A stretch of 46,055 bases of DNA, from positions 1-46,055 of the forward strand of contig JASJAY010000071.1 in the NCBI GenBank assembly GCA_030066775.1, read 5' to 3'. Both the position numbers and the translations under genes were made by a program. The stretch is from Planctomycetota bacterium (GTDB lineage: Bacteria; Planctomycetota; PLA2; JAEUHO01). Below are positions 16,517-26,005 of this stretch, in pieces (position 1 is the stretch's first letter; each line of letters begins with the position of its first letter). The notes beneath the pieces are model-generated. The model was given only the letters and a program-made list of their open reading frames with translations, ran no database searches and was not told the origin of the DNA.

Positions 16517-17725
16517 ATGCTCGATCCCGGCGACATCGCACCGAAGCGCGGACCCGAGGGGCGGGAGTGGATTCCGTTCACCATCGTGGTCGTGGTCGTC
16601 TTCGGGCTGTTCGCCGCGGAGATCGCGGTCGACTTCGACCTCCGCAAGTACGGCGCCCTGATGGTCTTCGTGTTCTGGATCCCCCTGCTCGTCGTACACG
16701 AGCTCGGTCACGCCCTGGCGGCGAAGCTCGTGGGCTGGCGCGTGCTCGAGCTCGTCATCGGCTTCGGCAAGCCGGTGAAGCGCTTCCGGGTCGGGGGGAC
16801 GCGCGTCGAGCTGCGCACGTTCCCGCTCGAGGGCTTCGTCGTGCCCGCCCCGCGCACGCTGCGCGGTGCCCCCTGGAAGAACGCGTTCGTGTATCTCGCC
16901 GGCCCGGGGGTGGAGATCGTGCTGATCCTCGTCGCGGGCTGGCTCGTGGGCTTCGACGCGCTGCTCAGCCGCTCGGACGACCTCGGCATGGTGACGCTCC
17001 AGTCCGCGTGCATCGCGGCCGCCATCGGCGCGGCCATGAACCTCCTCCCCTTTCCCGTCGCGGGCGGCCTCGTCAGCGACGGCCTGGGCGTGCTGCTGAG
17101 CCTCCTGAGCCGTCCGGAGCACTACGAGGCCGCGCTCGCGACCCCCTACCGCCGCCGCGCCGCGGCGGCCCTGGCGTCGGGCGCGCTCGACGCGGGCCAG
17201 GCCGCGCTACGCGAAGGGCTGGCGCTCCATCCGAGCAACGCATGGCTGCAGATCGAGCAGGCCGTGCTCCAGGCAGCCGGAGGGGACGGCAAGGGCGCCC
17301 AGGCGGCGCTCGAGCGGCTCGGCAGCGCGGACGCCACCGACGCCGCGGCCCACGTCACGTGGCTGCACGCACGCGCCCGCATCGCCCTCGAGTCCCTCGA
17401 CGACGACCTGCTCGTGGACGCCGATGCCGCCGCCGAGGCCGCGCTGAAGTCCCAGTCGAGCGATGTCGCTACCCGGATCACGCGCGGCGCCACGCTGATG
17501 GAGCGCATGCGCTACGCGGAGGCCTCGCGGCTCCTCGGGGACGCGGTGTACGACGCCCACGACGAGCTCGATCGCGCACGCGGTCTCATGTACGTCGCCA
17601 TCCTCGAGGCGCGACGCGGCCGTCTCGACAAGGCGCAGAAGGCCATGGCCCTACTGCACAAGGTCGAGGGCGCGGCGCGCTACGCAGAGCGCGCCGCGGC
17701 TGCCACCAACGAAGTCACGCTCTAG
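16517..17725 (+). CDS. M50 (site-2-protease-like) membrane metalloprotease with a C-terminal TPR-like soluble domain
   Basis: The HExxH motif HELGHALAAKL sits in a TM helix. The second motif NLLPFPVAGGLVSDG differs from the canonical NxxPxxxxDG. The C-terminal 200 aa are Ala/Leu-rich helical repeats (TPR-like). Confidence 0.7.
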   Translation: MLDPGDIAPKRGPEGREWIPFTIVVVVVFGLFAAEIAVDFDLRKYGALMVFVFWIPLLVVHELGHALAAKLVGWRVLELVIGFGKPVKRFRVGGTRVELRTFPLEGFVVPAPRTLRGAPWKNAFVYLAGPGVEIVLILVAGWLVGFDALLSRSDDLGMVTLQSACIAAAIGAAMNLLPFPVAGGLVSDGLGVLLSLLSRPEHYEAALATPYRRRAAAALASGALDAGQAALREGLALHPSNAWLQIEQAVLQAAGGDGKGAQAALERLGSADATDAAAHVTWLHARARIALESLDDDLLVDADAAAEAALKSQSSDVATRITRGATLMERMRYAEASRLLGDAVYDAHDELDRARGLMYVAILEARRGRLDKAQKAMALLHKVEGAARYAERAAAATNEVTL

Positions 17726-17733
17726 GCGCGCTC

Positions 17734-18479
17734 TCAGCGACCGGAGAACAACCCCTTGCGGTAGTCGCGGTGGAGCTCGGCGATGAACTCCACGCTGATC
17801 TCCTTGGGGCAGGCCGCCTCGCAGTCGTAGGTGTTCGTGCAGGCGCCGAAGCCCTCTTCGTCCATCTGGTGGACCATCGCACGGGCGCGCGCCTTCTTCT
17901 CGACCTCGCCCTGGGGCAGGTGGCCGAGATGGCCCGCCTTCGCCGCGACGAAGAGCATCGCGGAGGCGTTCTTGCAGGCCGCGACGCAGGCGCCGCAGCC
18001 GATGCAGGCGGCGGCGTCCATGGCGACGTCCGCTTCCGCCTTCGGGATCGGGATCAGGTTCGCGTCGGGCGCGCCGCCGGTGTTCACCGAGACGTAGCCG
18101 CCCGCCTGGATGATGCGATCGAAGGACGTGCGATCGACCACGAGGTCCTTGACGACCGGGAACGCCTTCGCGCGCCACGGCTCGATGGTCAGCGTGTCGC
18201 CGTCCTTGAACGTGCGCATGTGCAGCTGGCACGCGGTCGTGCCACGGTCGGGGCCGTGCGGCACGCCGTCGATCATCAGGCTACACGTTCCGCAGATGCC
18301 CTCGCGGCAGTCGTGATCGAACGCGATCGGCTCGGTGCCCTTCTCGAGCAGGTCCTCGTTGAGGACGTCGAGCATCTCCAGGAAGGACATGTCCGGGCTG
18401 ACGTCGTCGAGCTGATGCGTCTCGAGCCCGCCCTTGTCCTGGGCGTTCTTCTGGCGCCAGATCCTGAGCGTGAGCTTCA

Positions 18480-18480
<1 letters not shown>
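17734..18480 (-). CDS. sdhB: Succinate dehydrogenase / fumarate reductase iron-sulfur subunit
   Basis: The start was chosen at [10 protein letters not shown] (ATG at 18480). The 2Fe-2S motif is [10 protein letters not shown]. The 4Fe-4S and 3Fe-4S motifs are [11 protein letters not shown] and [12 protein letters not shown]. Its ATG overlaps the sdhA TAA stop (TAATG). Confidence 0.92.
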
Positions 18481-20393
<1,913 letters not shown>

Positions 20394-20394
20394 G

Positions 20395-21111
20395 TCAGTT
20401 CCCTCCGTTCACGAGGGGGTTCCATTCGGGAAGCTCGATGAGGCCGAACTGTGCGGCGACGGGCATGGAGATGTTTCCGAGGATGATCACGGCGGTGATG
20501 CCGATGCCGAGAAGGCGGGTGAACGAACGGTACTTGGGCTGATTCCAGCCGAGGCTCTGGAACATGGACGCCAAGCCGTGCGAGAGGTGCACGCCGAGGC
20601 CGAGCATCGACACGATGTAGAAGAGCGCGATCGGCAGCTGCTGGAAGCCCGCGACCACCATGGAGTAGACGTCGTGACGTCCTTGCGGGTCGGTCCAGTC
20701 ATGGAACTCGGGGCGAATGCCGACACCCAACGTGAAGTGCATCAAGTGGTAGACCACGAAGATCATCACCACCACGCCCGTGCTGACCATGGCCCGCGAC
20801 GCGTGCGTGCTGTCGATGGCCTTCTGCACGGCGTAGGGCGTCCCCCGTGCCGCGCGATTGCGCCGCGCGAGCATGACCCCTGTGCCCACGTGCAGGACGA
20901 AGATCGCCAGCAGGCCGCCCCGCGCGACCCAGAGCAACGGGCCCAGATCCTGGAGACTCTTGGCGTAGCCGTTGAGCTGGTCGGCGCCGGCGAAGATCTG
21001 GAGATTGCCGGCTAGATGGGCGAGTACGAATCCGAACAGCAGGAGGCCCGTCACCGCCATGACGAACTTGAGGCCGACGGACGACCTCAGGCCTCGTAGC
21101 AGCCAGTTCAT
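20395..21111 (-). CDS. sdhC: Succinate dehydrogenase cytochrome b subunit (type-B, b558-like membrane anchor)
   Basis: 238 aa with 5 TM helices and His-rich helices (HLAGN, HVGTG, HLMHF, HLSHG). Its TGA stop is 1 nt before the sdhA ATG. Confidence 0.85.
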   Translation of the reverse strand: MNWLLRGLRSSVGLKFVMAVTGLLLFGFVLAHLAGNLQIFAGADQLNGYAKSLQDLGPLLWVARGGLLAIFVLHVGTGVMLARRNRAARGTPYAVQKAIDSTHASRAMVSTGVVVMIFVVYHLMHFTLGVGIRPEFHDWTDPQGRHDVYSMVVAGFQQLPIALFYIVSMLGLGVHLSHGLASMFQSLGWNQPKYRSFTRLLGIGITAVIILGNISMPVAAQFGLIELPEWNPLVNGGN

Positions 21112-21294
21112 TGAGTGCTCCGAAGGTTGAGTGGGGAATCGGAGTCTACTGCGTTCCCCCTGTGCCCAAAGCCTCTACACGAACCATTTGTGGATCCCAT
21201 TTGCACATGAGCAACGCACCGTCCGCATCGCGGTTTCCGCCGGATCTGGACGCGCCGGAACGTATTCTCGGTCATCCCCCCGTGGAGCTCCGTC

Positions 21295-21915
21295 ATGGTC
21301 GATTGGCCCGAACCCCGAACCCTCGGCGTCGTGCTGTACCCCGGCTTCGACCTGCTCGATGTGACCGGCCCACTGCATGCATTTGGCATGCTCAAGAACG
21401 TGTTCGAACAGGTGCTCGTCGGACCCGAGCCGGGACCGGTCGAAAGCGCCCAGGGCCCCGCTCTCGTGGCGGATTCGGGCTATGAGCAGGCCGAGCGGCT
21501 CGACCTGCTGCTCGTTCCGGGCGGGACCGGCAGCCGCCGGCAGCTCACCGACGACATCTTCCGGGCCTGGCTGGCGCACCGGGCGGACGAAGCGGAGATC
21601 GTGATGAGCGTCTCTGGGGGCGCCGCCCTCCTGGGCCACGCCGGTGTCCTGGACGGGGTCGAGGCCACGGCCAGCACGCGCGGCTTCGAGTTCGCCCGCG
21701 AACAGGGCCCCCGCGCCCGCTGGGTGCGCGCTGCCCGCTGGGTCGACGCGGGCAAGGTGATCACGGCGGCCGGCGTCGCGTCGGGGATCGACATGGCCCT
21801 GCACGTGATCACGCGGCTGACGGCCCCCGACGTCGGGGAGAACGTGGCCCGTGCCCTCGAGTACGAGTGGCAGAGCGACCCGCAGCGCGATCCGTTCTGC
21901 GAGGCCGCGACCTAG
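21295..21915 (+). CDS. DJ-1/PfpI (class I glutamine amidotransferase-like) family protein; the nucleophile position appears to be Ser, not Cys
   Basis: Pattern LGVVLYPGFDLLDVTGP...LLLVPGG...IVMSVSGGAALLGHAGVLDG. The nucleophile-elbow position normally reads AIC(A/H)GP. Here it reads SVSGG. Confidence 0.75.
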   Translation: MVDWPEPRTLGVVLYPGFDLLDVTGPLHAFGMLKNVFEQVLVGPEPGPVESAQGPALVADSGYEQAERLDLLLVPGGTGSRRQLTDDIFRAWLAHRADEAEIVMSVSGGAALLGHAGVLDGVEATASTRGFEFAREQGPRARWVRAARWVDAGKVITAAGVASGIDMALHVITRLTAPDVGENVARALEYEWQSDPQRDPFCEAAT

Positions 21916-22271
21916 GCCTGGAGCAGCTCCCAGCGGATGCCGTCCGGATCGCGGAAGACCGTGAAGCGGATGCCCTCCCCCTCGCGGACAGGCTCCACGT
22001 CGGCGCCGGCCGCTTGGAGCGCCGCATAGGCGGCGTCGAAGTCCTCGACCATGAGGTCGGCCGACATCCCGGGCTCGCCCTCGATGCCGCAGGGCCCGGC
22101 GTCGGCCGGCGCGCGGAAGAAGAGCAGCGTCACGGCGCCCTGCTGCACCTTGAGCCAGGTGCCGGGCGGCTCGCTCTGCTCGCACGGCTCGAAGCCGAGC
22201 GCGGCCTTGTAGAACGCGGCGCTCCGATCCAGGTCCCGCACGAAGAGGTTGATCTCGCCGAGGCGCAACAT
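21912..22271 (-). CDS. VOC-family (glyoxalase / bleomycin-resistance fold) protein
   Basis: 119 aa: MLRLGEINLFVRDLDRSAAFYKAALGFE...IRFTVFRDPDGIRWELLQ. Its ATG overlaps the upstream gene's TGA (TGATG arrangement on the minus strand). Confidence 0.8.
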   Translation of the reverse strand: MLRLGEINLFVRDLDRSAAFYKAALGFEPCEQSEPPGTWLKVQQGAVTLLFFRAPADAGPCGIEGEPGMSADLMVEDFDAAYAALQAAGADVEPVREGEGIRFTVFRDPDGIRWELLQA

Positions 22272-22732
22272 CAGGCGGCCTGGGCCTCCGCCTCCGCGGC
22301 CTGCTTCAAGCGCTTCATGAACTTCTTGATCATCAGCTTCGGCATCCAGAAGAAGAAGACCATCATAAACTTCATGAAGACGCCCGGCACCTCGCCACCG
22401 CCCTCGTAGGCGAGGCGCGTCCCACCCCCGGGCGTCGACTCGAGCGCGTAGGTCGCGCGCATGGTCATGGGCTTCTTGCCGCAGCCGCCGACCATCTCGA
22501 CGCCGAGACGCTTGGGCCGGTCGTACTCGACCACGGTGCCGTCGTAGTCGCTGAGGCGCCCGCCCTCCTTGATCTTCATCTGGAACTTCGAGCCGACGCT
22601 GTGGCCGTCACCTTCGACGAGCTCGTTGCTCTCGACGCCCACCATCCACACCTTCTGCTTCTCGGGCTCCGTGAGCCAGGGCCAGAGCTGCTCCGGCGTA
22701 ACGTCGATCTGGGTGTCGCACGTGACCTTCAT
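22271..22732 (-). CDS. SRPBCC-superfamily (polyketide-cyclase / AHSA1-like) protein with an unusual Phe/Met/Lys-rich C-terminal tail
   Basis: The N-terminus, ...QIDVTPEQLWPWLTEPEKQKVWM..., is typical of SRPBCC. The C-terminal FMKFMMVFFFWMPKLMIKKFMKRLKQ is encoded by a locally AT-rich stretch at about 22296..22385. Confidence 0.65.
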   Translation of the reverse strand: MKVTCDTQIDVTPEQLWPWLTEPEKQKVWMVGVESNELVEGDGHSVGSKFQMKIKEGGRLSDYDGTVVEYDRPKRLGVEMVGGCGKKPMTMRATYALESTPGGGTRLAYEGGGEVPGVFMKFMMVFFFWMPKLMIKKFMKRLKQAAEAEAQAA

Positions 22733-22845
22733 GGGGTCTCCTGCATGCCTGCCTGCGAGGCGATCAGGGTGCCGGATCCTACTACAGATGTAAAGGGGCG
22801 ATCGGCCGCGCCCCGCTCGCGGGCCCGGATTGGTACCCTCGGCCC

Positions 22846-24330
22846 ATGCGCTGCGGCATCGGACTGGGTCTGGGTCTGCTCCTCCTCGTGGCCGGCGGGC
22901 CGTTGGCCGCGGACGAAGAGGCGCCGCGGCGGCCCTGGCTGCTGCTGCTGAAGACGCAGCTGCTCGAGACGCCCGGCGGCTACCCGGCGTTCTGCAAGGC
23001 GCAGGCGACGGCGAAGCGTGGTGCGCTGCGAACGAGCGTCGTCGCCAAGCTGAAGGCGATCGCCGACGCCGAGCAGCCGACGCTGCTCGAGGCGCTCGGG
23101 AACCCGAAGGACGCGCAGCGGCTATGGCTCGTCAACGGGATCGTCGTACGGCTCGACGCGAAGGCGCTCGAGGCCGCCAAGGCCCACGCGCTCGTGTTGC
23201 ACGCCTACCCCGCGGGCATGCTCCCGGCCCCGCCGAAGAAGCCCGGGCGCGTCGACCCGGTCCACCGCCGCCGCAAGAAGCCGCGCACCTGGAAGCTGGG
23301 CAAGAAGACCGTTCCCTGGAACCTCGAACAGCTGAACGTGCCGCGCGTGTGGAAGGAGCTCGAGATCATCGGGCGCGGCGTGACGGTGGCGATGTTCGAC
23401 ACGGGCATCAACTACGAGCACGAGGACCTCGCGAAGAACATCTGGATCAACCCGGACGAGAAGCCCAACAACGGCCGGGACGACGACAAGAACGGGCTCG
23501 TCGACGACTACTACGGCTACTGCTTCGTGCAGATGACGCCCGAGGTGATGGACCGCTCGCCGCCCAAGCACGGCTCGCTCACGTCGAGCGTGGTCGCGGG
23601 CGACGGCACCGGCGGCACGCAGACGGGCGTGGCGCCGGGCGCGCAGCTGATGGCGCTGCGTGGCGCGGGGGGGCCCTACAACGCGTGCCGCGCCTTCCAG
23701 TACGCGCTCGAGGAAGGCGCGGACGTCGTCAACATGAGCTTCAGCATCCCGAACCTCGGGCACACCCGCGGCCTGTGGCGCCGGATGGCGGAGCACGCCT
23801 CGGCCGCCGGGCTGGTGCTCATCTCCGGCGCCGGCAACTTCGGTCGGCAGACGCAGGTCCCCGTGCAGATCCGCATCCCCGAGGGCATCCCGTGCGTGAT
23901 CTGTGCGGGCGGCGTCCGCAAGGACCTGAGCGTGCCCGTCTTCACCAGCAAGGGCCCCGTGGAGTGGTCGGGCGTGGCGTTCTACGAGGACCACCCGCTG
24001 CCCGGCGGGCTGATCAAGCCGGACGTCAGCGCGTTCCCGGGCCCGGGCATCGCGCTGATCCGCGGCGGCCGGAAGGACGGCTACCTGCCGGAGGACAACA
24101 AGCGGCGCGGGAACTCCCTGAGCGCGCCGCACGTGGCCGGCGTCGTGGCGCTGATGCTCGAGGCGGATCCGGAGCTCACCCCCTGGGCGGTCAAGTCGAT
24201 CCTGGAGGCCACCGCCAAGGATCTCGACGCCGAGGGCAAGGACCCGAACACGGGCGCAGGCCTCGTCGACGCGTTCGCCGCCGTCTCCCGTGCGAAGCAA
24301 GGGCCCCAAGCGACGACGGGCGCCAAGTAG
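22846..24330 (+). CDS. Secreted S8-family serine peptidase (subtilase)
   Basis: Signal peptide, then the catalytic triad motifs DTGINYEHEDL (Asp), HGSLTSSVVAG (His) and GNSLSAPHVAGVVALM (Ser). Confidence 0.88.
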   Translation: MRCGIGLGLGLLLLVAGGPLAADEEAPRRPWLLLLKTQLLETPGGYPAFCKAQATAKRGALRTSVVAKLKAIADAEQPTLLEALGNPKDAQRLWLVNGIVVRLDAKALEAAKAHALVLHAYPAGMLPAPPKKPGRVDPVHRRRKKPRTWKLGKKTVPWNLEQLNVPRVWKELEIIGRGVTVAMFDTGINYEHEDLAKNIWINPDEKPNNGRDDDKNGLVDDYYGYCFVQMTPEVMDRSPPKHGSLTSSVVAGDGTGGTQTGVAPGAQLMALRGAGGPYNACRAFQYALEEGADVVNMSFSIPNLGHTRGLWRRMAEHASAAGLVLISGAGNFGRQTQVPVQIRIPEGIPCVICAGGVRKDLSVPVFTSKGPVEWSGVAFYEDHPLPGGLIKPDVSAFPGPGIALIRGGRKDGYLPEDNKRRGNSLSAPHVAGVVALMLEADPELTPWAVKSILEATAKDLDAEGKDPNTGAGLVDAFAAVSRAKQGPQATTGAK

Positions 24331-24428
24331 CTCGGCTCTACGGCCGGGCCCCCATCATGCCGATTGAAAGCAGGATCGCGTCGAGCGGCCGTGGTACACC
24401 GTTTCGGGAGCGAGAACGAGGACGGCGC

Positions 24429-24881
24429 ATGGCCAAGAAGCAGCAACGCGACTATGCGCGGATCCGCATCCCGGTGCCGCTCATCCTGCTGGTCGTCGCG
24501 GGCTTCTGCGTCTGGTTCTTCGCCATCCGCGAGCCGCCGGAAGCGCCGAAGGACCCCCACGCGGACATCAAGACCACGCCGATCGACGGTCCGCTGCAGG
24601 CCTTCCAGCTGGCATGGAGCACCTCGGACGTCGGCGACATCATCAAGTTCGAGGTCGTCGACGAAGACGACGACGAGACCGGCTTCGAGAAGCGGGCGGC
24701 GCCGCTGGGATGGCTCCGCGACGGACTGCCGGAGGTGATCAGCCGCGCCGTCGAGCAGACGCAGAAGATCCGCTACACGATCACGTGGAACCTCACCGGC
24801 CACGAGGAGCCGATGGTCACCTACTGGGAGTGGACCGACGTCGGCTGGCGCATCGCCACCTGGAAGATGCCCAAGAAGTAA
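24429..24881 (+). CDS. Hypothetical membrane-anchored (single N-terminal TM), acidic protein
   Basis: Starts MAKKQQRDYARIRIPVPLILLVVAGFCVWFFAI. GAGGA lies 6 nt upstream of the ATG. It sits immediately downstream of the S8 peptidase gene. It forms the tail of a spurious 683-aa track ORF. Confidence 0.55.
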   Translation: MAKKQQRDYARIRIPVPLILLVVAGFCVWFFAIREPPEAPKDPHADIKTTPIDGPLQAFQLAWSTSDVGDIIKFEVVDEDDDETGFEKRAAPLGWLRDGLPEVISRAVEQTQKIRYTITWNLTGHEEPMVTYWEWTDVGWRIATWKMPKK

Positions 24882-24908
24882 GGGCGGCGCCCTGTCGCGC
24901 CGCCGCCC
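24882..24908. terminator. GC-rich hairpin between convergent genes (8 bp stem GGCGGCGC / GCGCCGCC, 6-nt loop); candidate bidirectional terminator
   Basis: Sequence GGGCGGCGCcctgtcGCGCCGCCGCCC lies between the TAA at 24879-24881 and the minus-strand TAG at 24909-24911. There is no U-tract, which is common in high-GC genomes. Confidence 0.45.
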
Positions 24909-25295
24909 CTACGCCTCTTCCGGCGCAAGGCTCTGGTAGAGCATCATCTTGTTGCCGTCGGGATCGTAGAAGGTCGCGAGCGAGACCATGTCGGGGATGA
25001 CCATCGTGTCCCCGTCGAAGCGCACGCCCTGCCCCTCGAGCTCGGCACGCGCGGCGCCGATGTCCTTGACGCCGAACGTCAGCGTGGCGCCGCCTTCCGG
25101 CGACAGGTCTTCGACCTGCGAGAGCCCGATGTTGACGCCTTCCGTCTCGGTCTTGAGCTCGGCCCAGGCCATCTCATCGAGCTTGTAGAGCAGCTGGAAC
25201 CCCAGCACGTCGCCGTACCAGGTGATCGCCGCGTCGAGATCCTTGACGCCCATCGATGCCGTCAGGCCGCCGTCGTACCCAAGCGTGGATGCCAT
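24909..25295 (-). CDS. VOC-family (glyoxalase-fold) protein
   Basis: The start was chosen at MASTLGYDGGL (ATG at 25295, GGAGGG 7 nt upstream). The segment ...VKDLDAAITWYGDVLGFQLL...ATLTFGVKDIGAARAELEGQGVRFDG is typical VOC. Confidence 0.75.
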   Translation of the reverse strand: MASTLGYDGGLTASMGVKDLDAAITWYGDVLGFQLLYKLDEMAWAELKTETEGVNIGLSQVEDLSPEGGATLTFGVKDIGAARAELEGQGVRFDGDTMVIPDMVSLATFYDPDGNKMMLYQSLAPEEA

Positions 25296-25352
25296 CGGTC
25301 GCTTCCCTCCTGTGCATGGAGGCGCCGTCGCCTCCGCTCGACTGTTTTTATA

Positions 25353-25374
25353 GTTGATACGCTTTCGTGTCAAC
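25353..25374. promoter_or_regulatory. Imperfect inverted repeat GTTGATAC-N6-GTGTCAAC in the divergent VOC/HxlR intergenic region; candidate operator
   Basis: The sequence was read directly. There is one mismatch between the half-sites. It is flanked by an AT-rich stretch (TTTTTATAG), which is unusual in this GC context. Confidence 0.4.
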
Positions 25375-25390
25375 CTACCTTGGTCCCGTG

Positions 25391-26005
25391 ATGCACGAGA
25401 GCGACGGCGGCCGCCCGGAGTCGGCCACGGCCGGCGATGCACGGCCGGCGCGTGCCCTGACGCGCCTGTTCCACCATCGGTGGGCCCTGCCGGCGCTTGC
25501 TCAGGTCGCAGCCCAGCGCGGCGCCAAGTTCGTGACGTTGAGCCGTCAGCTGGGCGTAGGCCCCGCGAGCCTGAAGCGCGCCCTGCTGCGCCTCTCCGAG
25601 CTGGACCTGGTCGTGCGCAATCCGGGCTACGGCCACCCCATGCGTCCCGAGTACGTGCTCGGCGAGCTGGGACAGGTCGTGGCGACGCCCGCGGACGCGC
25701 TGTGGCGTTGGCTCCGGCGGACGAAGACGGAGCGCGAGCTGCTCAAGAAGTGGCACCTCTCGACGCTGCTCGTCTTGGGCCCCGCCGTCCGACGGTTCCG
25801 CGACGTGCAGGCGGCGCTCCCCGAGAGCTCGCCCCGCGCGCTCGCGCTTGCGCTGCGCGGGCTCACCGAGCTTGGCCTCATCGAGCGCCGCGTGGACGCG
25901 GGCTACCCCCCCACGCCCACGTACGCGCCGACGCGTCGTGCGCGGACGGCCCGGCGCCATCTCGAGGCGATCGGGCGTCCGCTGGCGAAAGCGCTCTTCG
26001 ACTAG
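25391..26005 (+). CDS. HxlR-type winged-helix transcriptional regulator (two HxlR-like halves)
   Basis: The LKKWHLSTLLVLGPAVRRFRDVQAALPESSPRALALALRGLTELGLIER region matches the HxlR family pattern. The ATG was chosen at 25391 (the track's GTG at 25367 lies inside the palindrome). Its TAG overlaps the htpG stop in a CTAG palindrome. Confidence 0.7.
   Translation: MHESDGGRPESATAGDARPARALTRLFHHRWALPALAQVAAQRGAKFVTLSRQLGVGPASLKRALLRLSELDLVVRNPGYGHPMRPEYVLGELGQVVATPADALWRWLRRTKTERELLKKWHLSTLLVLGPAVRRFRDVQAALPESSPRALALALRGLTELGLIERRVDAGYPPTPTYAPTRRARTARRHLEAIGRPLAKALFD

Noticed and set aside
21112-21294. Lower-GC sdhC/DJ-1 divergent intergenic region with TGTGGATCCCATTTGCACA
   Set aside because: The partial TGTG...CACA symmetry is weak. 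It is likely just promoter DNA. No riboswitch-like conserved structure was recognisable.
22830-24881. 683-aa plus-strand ORF spanning the S8 peptidase region
   Set aside because: It is an out-of-frame overlap of the S8 gene. Only its last 150 codons (24429..24881) form a plausible separate gene.
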